This document shows, piece by piece, positions 1 through 10,196 of a DNA stretch of 64,000 nucleotides. Each line of letters opens with the position of its first letter. The first letter of the stretch is position 1. The position numbers were made by a program, and so were the translations under genes. Where the stretch lies: the NCBI GenBank assembly GCA_964473825.1, contig CAYYQL010000012.1:1561-65560 (forward strand). The letters run 5' to 3'. The notes under the pieces are model-generated. The model was not told the origin of the DNA and did not search any database. It worked only from the letters and a program-made list of their open reading frames with translations. The stretch is from an uncultured archaeon (GTDB lineage: Archaea; Asgardarchaeota; Thorarchaeia; Thorarchaeales; Thorarchaeaceae).

Positions 1-862
1 TCCTGAAACTGGAAACCGCGACCTCAGCAATGAGATAGCTGAAGTACATCGGAAAGAGGAGTAGTTCACCCCAGACAAGGCCCACACTCATGACGATGCA
101 TCCTCCTACCATGAGATAAGTGACAAAATGGTCACTGAAGAGGAAACCAATCCCCTCTTTCAGGAGAGATGTATATTCACCAAAACTGGGTCGAGCCGCT
201 CTTGCCTCTTCAACCTCTGGGAAGTCTCTGACTACTCGCATGACGATTAGGGCTATGCCTGCGCACATGATGGCCTGAAGCTGAAAGACCCACGCACGGC
301 CAAAGATGACCGCTAAAATGCTGCCGGGAATCATGCACAGGATTCCTACTAGGCTGAACAGCATACCAATCTTGCCCATGAAAACACCATATTGTTTCCG
401 ATCTCCGTCTCCAGGCATCGCCACTCGGTAGTTGTTATCAAACCAAGCATTGAATGCGCCGCTAAGCTGTGAGCTGGCAAACCCAAGTAGCACGTATACG
501 AGGATGAGCAAATATATGGGTGTCGTGGAATTCACAAATGACACCGTCAGAAAGCCAGCCGAAAATGATAGGAAGGCTGCCGTGATGATGTAGCGTTGAC
601 CAATCCAGTCCCCTATAGCGCCGGTAGGATAGTCTAGAAGGGTCTGAATAACCATTTGAATCACCACAAGGACTCCTACTACCGTCATACCTTCGATAAA
701 CGAACCATGCCCCACTGCCTCAGCCACAAATATCATGAAGAAGGTGGTTGATAGCTGGATTGTCAGAGCCACAACGGGGAACAACACTGCAAGAGTCCTT
801 GCTAGACTCAGTATCTTCTCATTCCCGTCCGTCAGACCAAAGAACTCAACAATCCTGCTCAT
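1..862 (-). CDS. MFS-type transporter, partial (N-terminal part; C-terminus lies beyond the window start)
   Basis: Open frame on the minus strand runs to the window edge with its ATG at 862. Translation (MSRIVEFFGLTDGNEK...) is multi-TM and hydrophobic with an MFS-like loop (DYPTGAIGDWIGQRY). Too partial for the ORF track. Confidence 0.65.
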   Translation of the reverse strand, partial: MSRIVEFFGLTDGNEKILSLARTLAVLFPVVALTIQLSTTFFMIFVAEAVGHGSFIEGMTVVGVLVVIQMVIQTLLDYPTGAIGDWIGQRYIITAAFLSFSAGFLTVSFVNSTTPIYLLILVYVLLGFASSQLSGAFNAWFDNNYRVAMPGDGDRKQYGVFMGKIGMLFSLVGILCMIPGSILAVIFGRAWVFQLQAIMCAGIALIVMRVVRDFPEVEEARAARPSFGEYTSLLKEGIGFLFSDHFVTYLMVGGCIVMSVGLVWGELLLFPMYFSYLIAEVAVSSFR

Positions 863-1272
863 GATAGTCATCTCATCTTGATGTATAGCTGGTCAGTCCA
901 TATGCTGTTGGTGGGCGAAAGTGACCACTTCAATGGACACTGCCTGACCACTTGCTCCGGCATGAGTGCCAGCGGCACGCGAGGTCCCGTTGGCACTATC
1001 GGAGATGAGAGATCTGTGTTTTCAGTCAGAATGAACGGCCTTACGACCGCACCATCTTGACCTGACGCTTTGAACGTCATCCACACCACAAGTTGAAATC
1101 ATATAAAGGTTTGCTATACCAACCGTTTCTTATATCTAAGTTGATTTGGCAAAATGTTTGTAGACATGAGTTTTCTTACATGAACCAATACGCGTACCGT
1201 TTTAGAGAAAACATGACTACAGACAGAAATATTATGACCCTCGTAACGGACAACATATAGTCAACCAATGAG

Positions 1273-2169
1273 TTGGAGGAACACACAATGGACGTAAAGA
1301 AAATCGTAGTACTGGGAGCAGGACAGATGGGCAACGGAATCGCCCATGTCTGCGCTCAGGCAGGCTATCAAGTTAAGATGAGAGATATCGAGCAGAGATT
1401 CATCGACAAGGGTCTCGAGACCATCAAGAAGAACTTGGAGAGAGGTCTGAAGAAAGACAAGATAACTCAGGAGGAGGTTGACGCCACTCTAGGAAGAATA
1501 GAGGGTGTGCTCGACCTTGAGAAAGCAGTCGAAGATGCAGACCTAGTTATTGAGGCCATTCCCGAGATAGTAAAGCTCAAGCTCGATACATGGAGAGAAG
1601 TGGAAGAATTGGCTCCGAAGGATGCAATCTTCGCATCGAACACGTCAAGCATCAGCATTACACAAATGGCAGCAGTTACGCAGAGACCTGAGAAGTTCAT
1701 CGGTATGCACTTCTTCAATCCAGTACCCGTCATGGGTCTCGTAGAGATCATCAAGGGGGCTGCAACCGACGACGAAACAGTCAAGGTGATTGAAGAGATC
1801 TCTAAGAAGATTGGCAAAGAGACTGTGCTTGTTAACGAGGCTCCAGGGTTTGCCGTTAATCGACTTCTCGTTCCCGCAATAAACGAGGCAATATTTGCCA
1901 TCCAAGAGGGAGTCGCCACTGTTGAAGACATGGATCTTGCAATCAAGATGGGTCTCAACTGGCCAATGGGACCGCTCACGTTGGCAGACTTTGTTGGTCT
2001 CGATACGCTCCTCTACATCTCAGACTATTTCGTGGAGGAGTTCAAGGACGGAAAGTACCGCGCACCTGCACTACTCAGAAAGATGGTCAGGGCCGGATGG
2101 ATTGGTAGAAAGGCCGGTAAGGGCTTCTATGACTACACAGGCGACAAGCCCAAGCCTATGAGATTCTAG
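1273..2169 (+). CDS. hbd: 3-hydroxyacyl-CoA / 3-hydroxybutyryl-CoA dehydrogenase (NAD-binding)
   Basis: N-terminal Rossmann motif VVLGAGQMGNGIA. Region from HFFNPVPVMGLVEII to GFAVNRLL is typical of the 3-hydroxyacyl-CoA dehydrogenase family. Likely true start is MDVKK at 1288. Confidence 0.85.
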   Translation: MEEHTMDVKKIVVLGAGQMGNGIAHVCAQAGYQVKMRDIEQRFIDKGLETIKKNLERGLKKDKITQEEVDATLGRIEGVLDLEKAVEDADLVIEAIPEIVKLKLDTWREVEELAPKDAIFASNTSSISITQMAAVTQRPEKFIGMHFFNPVPVMGLVEIIKGAATDDETVKVIEEISKKIGKETVLVNEAPGFAVNRLLVPAINEAIFAIQEGVATVEDMDLAIKMGLNWPMGPLTLADFVGLDTLLYISDYFVEEFKDGKYRAPALLRKMVRAGWIGRKAGKGFYDYTGDKPKPMRF

Positions 2170-2298
2170 AATAATGCAGGGCCACCACTAAGGTGGTCCT
2201 TCTTCTCTATTTTTGGTTACTATTCGAGATTATTATAGAAGTGGTGATTCTCTAGAAGAGATTAATATCAGGTTTGTACAAGATATCCTGATGATAGT

Positions 2299-3141
2299 AT
2301 GAAGTTCATAGAGAGCGAGTACACTGGCTATGATGGAACAAGGATGTTCATGGCAATGTGGCTCCCGGATGATGAACGCGTCAGAGCCCTACTCATTGCC
2401 ATTCATGGACTTGGAAGTCATGGATCAACACTGAAAAACATTGGAGAGTACTTCGCAGAGAGGGGACTGGGAGTCTTTGCCCCAGATATGAGAGGCTTTG
2501 GACACTTCACCGGCCTCAAGGGACACGTGATGAACTTCGACGAGTATGTGGAAGACATGCACAACATCGTGATGCAAGTGAAAGATCGATTCATCAACAA
2601 ACTCACCTTTCTCTTTGGCCACTCGCTGGGAGGACAGCATGTCATCAGGTATGTCGCAGAATATCCGCTCGAGACAGACGGCATCATGCTCTCCTCCCCC
2701 CCCGTATCAGAAACTCTGGATATCGGGATCGGGAAGAGAATCGCAGGCTCAATCTTGTCTGTCCTGAACGTGAAACGATACTTTGAGAACGAAATCGACT
2801 TCGAGGTGGCATGTCACGACCCCGAGGTCATTGCCGAACACGAGAACGATCCTCTGCGGTTCGACAAGGTCACCCCCAGATTCGGAATCGAGGGTCTCAA
2901 GGCCGCCAAGGAGGCATATCAGTTAGCACCGTTCATCCAATTGCCGGTCCTCGTCCAACAGGCTGGCGACGACAGACTAGTCGACCCCGACAAGACTCGG
3001 GAGTTCTTCGGGAACTTGGCCTCTGAGGATAAGACGTGGCTCTTCTATGAGGGGCTGTTCCACGAGCTACATAGTGAACCTCAGAAGGCTCTAGTCCTCG
3101 GAGATATGGAGACTTGGTTGGAAGGTAGACTCCCAACCTAG
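2299..3141 (+). CDS. alpha/beta hydrolase (lysophospholipase / monoacylglycerol lipase-like)
   Basis: HG oxyanion motif (IHGLGSHG). Nucleophile elbow GHSLGG. Size and layout fit the alpha/beta-hydrolase lysophospholipase family. Confidence 0.75.
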   Translation: MKFIESEYTGYDGTRMFMAMWLPDDERVRALLIAIHGLGSHGSTLKNIGEYFAERGLGVFAPDMRGFGHFTGLKGHVMNFDEYVEDMHNIVMQVKDRFINKLTFLFGHSLGGQHVIRYVAEYPLETDGIMLSSPPVSETLDIGIGKRIAGSILSVLNVKRYFENEIDFEVACHDPEVIAEHENDPLRFDKVTPRFGIEGLKAAKEAYQLAPFIQLPVLVQQAGDDRLVDPDKTREFFGNLASEDKTWLFYEGLFHELHSEPQKALVLGDMETWLEGRLPT

Positions 3142-6002
3142 TCTTTCTCTTCGCGTTCCCTGAAGTAGCCGAATATCTTGTGGGGAGGAATCAACAATGC
3201 TGGCAGACAGCTCACAAAGATGATAAGCCAATCCAGCGCACTCAACGGCACCGCACCGAAGAGGGGTGTGATGAATGGCACATAGAGTACTATCAGGGTC
3301 AAGACAACTGACAGCAATACGGTGCCTGCAAGTGCCTTTGAGTTAGTGATGTTGGTCTTCCACACTGGGGCGTACTCAGTTCTGCAGTTCCAGACAAACA
3401 GGAGCTCATATACGACGATGGACACGAACACTACAGTCCGAGCATGCATGAGAGCAAAGTCCCATGGAGCAGCACTCCAATCGACCATCGGGCCAGTGAT
3501 ACCCGGAATCCATCCTCCGTATTCAATCAGTGAGCCAAGGAATAGGAGAGACCCAGCTATAAACTGTACAAAGCCTCCAATCAATATGAAAGCTGCAAGT
3601 CCCTTGTTCATCATCCTTGAGCCGGGCTTTCGTGGCCCTCGCTCCATCAGACCTGGTTCTGGAGGGTCGACCCCCAACGCCAGTGCAGGAAAGCCATCAG
3701 TGGCAAGATTGATCCATAGAATCTGAATTGCGGTTATGGGAAGAGGAAGCCCTATCATTATCATAGTGAAGATGAGATAGATCTCACTGAAGTTGGCAGC
3801 CAGCAGGAATCTCACGAACTTCCGAATGTTTTCGTAGATCTCGCGACCTTTCTCAACTGCGGTGACTATTGTCGCAAAGTTGTCATCGGTGAGTATTATG
3901 TCGGAGGATTCACGGGTTACATCGGAACCTCGGATGCCCATAGATACCCCCACGTTGGCATTCTTCACAGCTGGCGCATCATTGACCCCGTCTCCGGTCA
4001 TGGCCACAACCTGATTCTGTTCTTTCAGAGTATTAACGATTCGAAGCTTATGCCCTGGAGCGACTCTGGCGAAAACATCTACATCATGAACAGCATCAGA
4101 GAACTCCTGATCTGTCATCTCGTCAATCTGGGCACCAGTAATGACAGTGCCCTCACCTGATATCAAGCCGACATCAATAGCGATTGCACGAGCGGTCAAT
4201 CTGTGGTCCCCGGTTATCATGATGGGACGAATGCCAGCATTGACGCAGATTTTGATGGCTTCAGACACTTCATCGCGGGGAGGATCAATCATTGCTGACA
4301 GTCCAACGAATATGAGATTCTGTTCCACCATCTCTGGATCCCAATCTGGAAGAGCAGATTCCAGTGGACGGTAGGCCATGGCTAGAACGCGAAGAGCGTT
4401 ACTAGCAAGCTCTGCATTCACATTGAGGATTTCATCACGCTTTGAGTCGGTGAGGGGCCGAACTTCACCATCCTCGAGCACGTGGGTACAGAGGGACAGG
4501 ACAATCTCTGGTGCCCCTTTCGTGTAGGCGGCCAGATCGCCATTCTGGTCTTTGCATATCGAGGTCATACGCTTTCGAGCAGAATCGAAGGAAATCTCAG
4601 TTATCTCCTCATAGTTCTCCCAAGTCGCTTCATATCTAAACCCTCCCTTTTCAGCTGCAACCAGAAGTGCGCCCTCAGTTGGGTCACCAACAATAGCCCA
4701 CTTAGCAGCACCAGAAGGATCCTCCTGGAGAAGAGAATTCGAGCATAACTGGCCTATGACCAACAGCTTCTCAAGATGAGAATCATTGGTTGGGTCGATC
4801 TCTTGGCCGTCGCGGAAGAAACTACCCTCGTCATCGTAACCTGAACCGGTCACCTTAATCCTAGAGCCGTCAACGTACAGCTCTTGCACCGTCATCTCGT
4901 TCCGAGTAATAGTGCCCGTCTTGTCTGAGCATATCACTGTGGTTGACCCCAGTGTTTCAACTGACGGGAGTCTGCGGACGATGGCGTTCTTCTCAACCAT
5001 TCGTTGTACACCTATTGCGAGGGTGATGGTGACGACTGCGGGAAGTCCTTCTGGCACAGCTGATACAGCCAGAGCGATGGCCGCAAAGAGTGCCTCTATA
5101 ATACTCTCAGTGATGCTTTGGTAGACCTCGGCCGCAAAGATTATGACACATAGGAAAGTGATGAGCAGACCAAGTTTCTTTCCAAGATCGGCCAAATCGT
5201 GCTGAAGGGGAGTCGTTTCCTTCTGACTCTCTTGAACGAGTCCAGCTATCTCTCCGAACTGTGTGTTCATCCCTGTTTCAGTCACGACAGCGGTACCTTT
5301 GCCTGCAGCGATAGTAGTGCCTTGAAAGACGATGTTTCTCATATCTCCTACAGTGGGATTCTCCAAGTCTATGGGTTCGCTGGTCTTCCGGACTGCTACC
5401 GACTCACCCGTGAGAATGGATTCATCAACCGAAAGGCCGACAGCCTGATTGGTGCGCCCATCCGCTGGAACTATATCACCGGGATCCAGGCCGATTATGT
5501 CTCCTGGAACCACATTCCGGGAGTCTATTTCAACCCACAATTCATCACGAAGAACTCTTGCCTTCGGGGCTGCCAGCTTCTTGAGAGCTTCAAGGGCCTT
5601 TTCGGACCGGTACTCCTGAGCAAAACCGAAGATTGAATTGAAGACGACAATCACTGAAATCATGATTGCATCAATGATTCCACCCTCTTCATGAGCACCG
5701 GGAGCCAAAGCAACCACCAGAGAGATGGCAATCGCTATGAGAAGAATGATGACCATTGGGTCAGTGAATTGCTCCAGAAACATCCGCAGAGGAGATATCT
5801 TCCCGACCTCAGTGAGCTCATTGTAACCATATTCCTGAAGTCTCTTGTCGGCCTCCTTCGATGTCAGCCCTTTAGGAGAGGTCTCGAGTTCATCAAAGAC
5901 AAAGTCAACGTCATTACGGTACCATTCTTGTGTAGTCATTGCAAGTTCTCCGTTTCTTCGAAGCTTTTCTAAGGGAGGATTATGCTGAGCGCCATAAAGC
6001 AC
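3138..6002 (-). CDS. P-type cation-transporting ATPase (P2-type, Ca2+/Mg2+-like)
   Basis: Phosphorylation motif DKTGTIT, TGDH hinge and MTGDGVNDAPA motif. Cation-ATPase N-terminal domain, about 10 TM segments. Its stop overlaps the stop region of the convergent hydrolase gene. Confidence 0.88.
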   Translation of the reverse strand: MLYGAQHNPPLEKLRRNGELAMTTQEWYRNDVDFVFDELETSPKGLTSKEADKRLQEYGYNELTEVGKISPLRMFLEQFTDPMVIILLIAIAISLVVALAPGAHEEGGIIDAIMISVIVVFNSIFGFAQEYRSEKALEALKKLAAPKARVLRDELWVEIDSRNVVPGDIIGLDPGDIVPADGRTNQAVGLSVDESILTGESVAVRKTSEPIDLENPTVGDMRNIVFQGTTIAAGKGTAVVTETGMNTQFGEIAGLVQESQKETTPLQHDLADLGKKLGLLITFLCVIIFAAEVYQSITESIIEALFAAIALAVSAVPEGLPAVVTITLAIGVQRMVEKNAIVRRLPSVETLGSTTVICSDKTGTITRNEMTVQELYVDGSRIKVTGSGYDDEGSFFRDGQEIDPTNDSHLEKLLVIGQLCSNSLLQEDPSGAAKWAIVGDPTEGALLVAAEKGGFRYEATWENYEEITEISFDSARKRMTSICKDQNGDLAAYTKGAPEIVLSLCTHVLEDGEVRPLTDSKRDEILNVNAELASNALRVLAMAYRPLESALPDWDPEMVEQNLIFVGLSAMIDPPRDEVSEAIKICVNAGIRPIMITGDHRLTARAIAIDVGLISGEGTVITGAQIDEMTDQEFSDAVHDVDVFARVAPGHKLRIVNTLKEQNQVVAMTGDGVNDAPAVKNANVGVSMGIRGSDVTRESSDIILTDDNFATIVTAVEKGREIYENIRKFVRFLLAANFSEIYLIFTMIMIGLPLPITAIQILWINLATDGFPALALGVDPPEPGLMERGPRKPGSRMMNKGLAAFILIGGFVQFIAGSLLFLGSLIEYGGWIPGITGPMVDWSAAPWDFALMHARTVVFVSIVVYELLFVWNCRTEYAPVWKTNITNSKALAGTVLLSVVLTLIVLYVPFITPLFGAVPLSALDWLIIFVSCLPALLIPPHKIFGYFREREEKD

Positions 6003-6106
6003 CGAAAATAAACCTGTCGGAAAGACAAGGTGGAATTGGCAAGTTCGAAAGGATTAAGAGAAATCTCAATTGAACGGAATCCGAACACTCGTTCAGGTGA
6101 CATGAG

Positions 6107-6721
6107 ATGACCGACAAGAAGAAATACAGCTTCAAGTGCCTCGAGCAGAATTGCCCTCAGCGAGTCTGTTGCACTCGACCTCATGTGAATGTGACTTTCG
6201 GCGACTTGTCCCGATGGACCACACAGAATTACTTGAACCACATCCTCCATGGAATAACTATGGATATTGAAACAGCCGAGGAAAGGGGCATCACCTTGGC
6301 CACTCTACGAAAGCCACTCTCGGAGAACTCAGAACAAACGGCATGCATCTTCTACGATGAAGAGGCCAATGCCTGCCGCATACGGTTCTCAAGACCCATA
6401 TCGTGCCGCACATTTCCTTTGGAGCACAACGGAGAGAAATTCTATGTCGCGAACAAGGACTGCTGCGGCATAGGAAAGGGCGAAGTAACCAAAGAAGCAT
6501 TGAAAGAAGCCAAAGAACTGGCAGAGAAAGAATACGAGGAACGTGTCAGAACGGCTACTGCGCTGCCGGCAGTCTACTCTGTCATCATGGGCCAGATGCT
6601 CAGACAGTCTGCAGAAGCCATGAAAGACCTGAGTGAAGAAGACCGCAAAAGACTTGATGAGATCATGTCTAAGCGTAGAGAGCAAGAGGACGAAACCACG
6701 AACAGCGAGAGTTCTGACTAG
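6107..6721 (+). CDS. YkgJ-family (UPF0153) Zn/Fe-chelating Cys-cluster protein with acidic coiled C-terminus
   Basis: N-terminal Cys cluster C-x4-C-x4-CC. Second cluster C-IFYDEE-AN-AC-R...RPISCRTFP matches the YkgJ pattern C..Y....C....RP..CR.FP. Confidence 0.5.
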   Translation: MTDKKKYSFKCLEQNCPQRVCCTRPHVNVTFGDLSRWTTQNYLNHILHGITMDIETAEERGITLATLRKPLSENSEQTACIFYDEEANACRIRFSRPISCRTFPLEHNGEKFYVANKDCCGIGKGEVTKEALKEAKELAEKEYEERVRTATALPAVYSVIMGQMLRQSAEAMKDLSEEDRKRLDEIMSKRREQEDETTNSESSD

Positions 6722-7824
6722 ATGTCAATCTCGAATAGATCCTTTGGCGAGTAGGTGAGTATCTCTACTCCATCCTCGGTGACAGCAACTAAATCCTCGA
6801 TGCGAATACCGAACTTGTCCTGCAGGTAGATGCCGGGTTCGATGCTGTGACACATGCCGGTCTGCAGGACACTGGAGTTGCCATTCACTAGATATGGTGG
6901 CTCGTGAACTTGGAGGCCGATACCATGTCCGAGGCGATGGGTAAAGAACTCACCATAGCCCTCTTCATCTATGACTCTCCTGGCAACACCATCAGCAGCG
7001 CTACATGTCATTCCTGCGCGGATGGTATCTAGAGCGGTCTTCTGGGATTTAAGTACAATAGAGTATACTTCTTCCTGTTGAGATGAAGGACGACCAACCA
7101 CAGCCACGCGCGTCATGTCGGTGTTGTATCCAGAAATGGAACACCCACAGTCGAGTAGGACTATGTCCCCTACTCCCAGCTCCCGAGTTCCCGCCTCCGC
7201 GTGTGGTTTTGCGCTGTTCTCACCAAACTGCACTGCTGCGAAGGTGGGTCTTGCACCCTTCCGAACTATCTCATTGTGGATGATCTGTTGCATTTCAATC
7301 TCAGTCATGCCGATTTCAGCCTTTTCGAAGGCATGCATGACCGCGGAGTCAATCACCCTACCGGCTTTCTTCATGAGATTGATCTCCTCAGCAACCTTCA
7401 CCAAGCGCATCTCTTGGATGAAAGGCGAAACCAAATCAGCACGTTCAGGGTCCTGAACCTTCTCTCTGAACAGCCAGAAGACTCCCAGGGGGGTGGACGT
7501 GTCAAAGAGCGCGAAAGTCTCATTCGCTTGCCCCATTTCGCGGCGGAGTAGGTCGTACGGGTCTTCGTCTTCGGCCCATGGAAGAATGGTCTTGATCCAG
7601 GTCTGGCCTTCAATGTTAGATACATCAAAAGAGGGAGCAACTATGAACGGCGCATCATCCTTACGAACCACCAGACAGACTAACCGCTCCCGCATCTCAT
7701 ACGAAAAACCCGTCAAGTATTCAAAGTTAGGAGAAGGGGTAAGAAAGGCATAGTCGGCATGGATATCCAATAGATAGTCACGAACTCTCTCGAGGCGCTC
7801 CCGGTGTACACTATCTGCAAGCAT
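6718..7824 (-). CDS. M24 family peptidase (Xaa-Pro aminopeptidase / prolidase-like)
   Basis: HRLGHGIGLQVHEPPYL and IEPGIY metal-ligand motifs of the M24B pita-bread fold. I moved the start to the internal ATG at 7824 (MLADSVHRERLERV...) because the 45 codons upstream have no M24 character. That removes the overlap with the divergent MFS gene. Confidence 0.8.
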   Translation of the reverse strand: MLADSVHRERLERVRDYLLDIHADYAFLTPSPNFEYLTGFSYEMRERLVCLVVRKDDAPFIVAPSFDVSNIEGQTWIKTILPWAEDEDPYDLLRREMGQANETFALFDTSTPLGVFWLFREKVQDPERADLVSPFIQEMRLVKVAEEINLMKKAGRVIDSAVMHAFEKAEIGMTEIEMQQIIHNEIVRKGARPTFAAVQFGENSAKPHAEAGTRELGVGDIVLLDCGCSISGYNTDMTRVAVVGRPSSQQEEVYSIVLKSQKTALDTIRAGMTCSAADGVARRVIDEEGYGEFFTHRLGHGIGLQVHEPPYLVNGNSSVLQTGMCHSIEPGIYLQDKFGIRIEDLVAVTEDGVEILTYSPKDLFEIDI

Positions 7825-7947
7825 GGTGAGGCTCACTCTGAACACGTCATTCCTGTTCTGAGTTCTAGATAACTCATTTGGTGATGCGAGAACTACATTT
7901 AAACACCGCTCGACACTACCGCACTTCAATGGGGCGGCCACAGACAG

Positions 7948-9288
7948 ATGATTGAGCAAGAAACCACTGAATCGAGGAGGCTTCCTCCAAAGGCATATGC
8001 AGCGGGATCACTCGTAATGTTTGCTCAAGGGCTGTACGCTCCCTTTCTCAATAGCTACATGGTCGATATAGGAGCCTCGCTCTCTGAGATAGGCGCATTC
8101 AGAAGTGTGGGCAATATGGCGCCAACAGTCATGCAGCCGGTCTGGGGCTCGGTCTCAGACAAAACAGGACATACCAAGGCCTTTGTCGCCTTTGGGACGG
8201 CATCGGGGCTGTTTGCTGTCTTTCTGTTCCTCTTTGCCGCATCACCACTTGATATGATCATTCTCTATGGAATCCAATCGATTCTGCTCAGCATCCAGAT
8301 ACCGACCTGGCTCTCATTAGTGGGTAGTCTCATCGATGAGGATAACAGAGGCCACGAACTGGGTAGACTCGGTGTAACCACTAACATCATGTCGCTGCTG
8401 GCGACACTCTTTGCAGGCTTCATAGCAGGATTCCCGGGTTTCGGTGCGTATCTAAGGTCAAATCTCGGATGGTTAGGCCTCATCATATTCCCATCTGTAG
8501 AGACGTGGAAGCAGATATACTACCTCCCATTCTACTTGGCTGCCATCACTGGGATCTTTGCATCTATCGTATCGATCAGAATTCAGACCACAAAGGAATC
8601 CTCGGCTCGTCCCAGAGAGTTTCCCCCAGTCCTTCGTCTTCTGTCAAGACCGGGCGATTTCAGAAGGTTCTGTTTTGTCAGCGTCTTCTTCTCATTCTCA
8701 ATGTCAATGGCTTGGCCATTTTGGATTATTGTGCAGCGCCAATGGTTGGATAATACATTGTTGGAGATAGCGATTGCGTCGGCCATCATGACGCTGACTA
8801 CTGTGATTTTCACAATGCCCTTTGGACGGCTCAGCGACCGAGTTGGACGCAAGCCCCTGATATTCCTAGGCCGAGTGACACTCTTCATAGTACCGATTAT
8901 GTATGCATTTGCTTCAACGACCATCATCATCTATTTTGCTAATGCTATTGCAGGTTTCTGTGTCGCAGCTTCAGCGAACGCCAGCACTGCTTACATCTAC
9001 GATATTGCCCCATCGGAAGAGCGAGGATCTCATCTATCCGTGTACAACACATTTACAGGCATTGTCATGCTGGTGGGCTCACTGCTCGCAGGAATCATCG
9101 GCGACTTCGTGGCGGTGGGTCTTGGAAACTATCTGGCGGTGTTTGCAATGCTTTTGGTGAGTGGAGGACTTCGATTCATCAGCTCCTTCTTCTACCTCCT
9201 ACTAGATGAGCCCCGCGAGTATTCCTCAGACTTCTGGACCGAGATCAGAGGTTTCATTCTAGGGCGTCATGCTGACAGAGGCCTTTAA
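7948..9288 (+). CDS. MFS transporter
   Basis: About 12 predicted TM helices. MFS-like loop GRLSDRVGRKP between TM2 and TM3. Confidence 0.75.
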   Translation: MIEQETTESRRLPPKAYAAGSLVMFAQGLYAPFLNSYMVDIGASLSEIGAFRSVGNMAPTVMQPVWGSVSDKTGHTKAFVAFGTASGLFAVFLFLFAASPLDMIILYGIQSILLSIQIPTWLSLVGSLIDEDNRGHELGRLGVTTNIMSLLATLFAGFIAGFPGFGAYLRSNLGWLGLIIFPSVETWKQIYYLPFYLAAITGIFASIVSIRIQTTKESSARPREFPPVLRLLSRPGDFRRFCFVSVFFSFSMSMAWPFWIIVQRQWLDNTLLEIAIASAIMTLTTVIFTMPFGRLSDRVGRKPLIFLGRVTLFIVPIMYAFASTTIIIYFANAIAGFCVAASANASTAYIYDIAPSEERGSHLSVYNTFTGIVMLVGSLLAGIIGDFVAVGLGNYLAVFAMLLVSGGLRFISSFFYLLLDEPREYSSDFWTEIRGFILGRHADRGL

Positions 9289-9700
9289 GAGAGAGATACT
9301 TAAGACTTCAACAACGACTTGCACTTGCGTTCCTCGCGAGGACTGTACATTGAAGAAAGGCCCTAGTTTCGAACAGAGCTGGAAGGTAGAGCTTCGCAGG
9401 GGTCTTTTGCAGTATGCAGTCCTAGCCATAGTAAGACTGCATGAGGAGGGTATCCATGGCTATGGAATTGCCCGCGAACTCGATGAGCGGACTGATGGAC
9501 TCCTCGAAGTAAAGGAGGGCACTCTGTATCCAATTCTACATCGGTTACGAAAAGACAGGCTCTTGAACTCTTACACTGAGGAGTCAGATGTAGGGCCTCG
9601 AAAGAAGATGTACGTCTTGACAGGCGAAGGAGACAGAGTCTATAGAGAGCTTTCGAGAACTCTCACAGACGTATTTGAGAAACTGGAGGCATTTAGCTGA
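9269..9700 (+). CDS. PadR-family transcriptional regulator
   Basis: LLQYAVLAIV...GYGI...TLYPILHRLRKDRLL is the PadR winged-HTH signature. Stop overlaps the next start (ATGA at 9698-9702). Real start may be a non-ATG codon downstream of 9269. Confidence 0.8.
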   Translation: MLTEAFKREILKTSTTTCTCVPREDCTLKKGPSFEQSWKVELRRGLLQYAVLAIVRLHEEGIHGYGIARELDERTDGLLEVKEGTLYPILHRLRKDRLLNSYTEESDVGPRKKMYVLTGEGDRVYRELSRTLTDVFEKLEAFS

Positions 9701-10140
9701 TGGAGAATGAGAATGTAAGAAGACGTGTTGACGATTATATTCGGAGAGCTAGAACCGTTCTCCCGGATACCTTTGAAACCGAAGATCTTCTAGAGGATGT
9801 CAGTGCTCACATATACGAGTCATTTCAACACAAGATGGAAGAGAAACCCGAAGCAGATACTGACTTACTACTCGACGAAGTCTTCCATGAGATTGGAGAA
9901 CCCGAAGATATAGCTGAAGCATTCGGGCAGGAGAGGATAGACGAAACAGAAGAGGAGTATTGGAACTGGAAGGCGTTGGCAGAGATTCTCGTCAAGATAG
10001 TTGTCGTGGTGATTGCTGCGTGGGCTGTTAGCCAAATCACCAGTGGTGCAGTGGACTTTCTTCTGGCCGTGGGAGTCTTGTTAGTCTTTGTCATTCTTGA
10101 ATGGTTCATAAGAGACTGGCAAGTCCAGAGAGCGAATTAG
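9700..10140 (+). CDS. HAAS/DUF1700-like membrane protein, PadR partner
   Basis: Acidic helical N-terminal domain followed by two TM helices at the C-terminus. Translationally coupled to the PadR gene, the usual PadR-HAAS two-gene arrangement. Confidence 0.55.
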   Translation: MENENVRRRVDDYIRRARTVLPDTFETEDLLEDVSAHIYESFQHKMEEKPEADTDLLLDEVFHEIGEPEDIAEAFGQERIDETEEEYWNWKALAEILVKIVVVVIAAWAVSQITSGAVDFLLAVGVLLVFVILEWFIRDWQVQRAN

Positions 10141-10196
10141 TATGCTTTATGACTAAGGCAATTCATACGTCAAACAATGTGAACGGAGAAGAGAAG

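Noticed and set aside
1467-2161. Antisense and alternative-frame ORFs inside hbd (1467-1979, 1645-1905, 1895-2161)
   Set aside because: They are fully embedded in a well-supported gene, have low-complexity Ser/Thr-rich translations and show no motifs. Typical shadow ORFs.
3322-5972. Several 70-145-aa plus-strand ORFs inside the P-type ATPase
   Set aside because: They are antisense to a gene with unambiguous P-type ATPase motifs along its full length.
7824-7959. 45-codon 5' extension of the M24 peptidase ORF that would overlap the MFS gene start
   Set aside because: The extension has no M24 similarity and creates a divergent-gene overlap. The internal ATG at 7824 gives a canonical M24 N-terminus.
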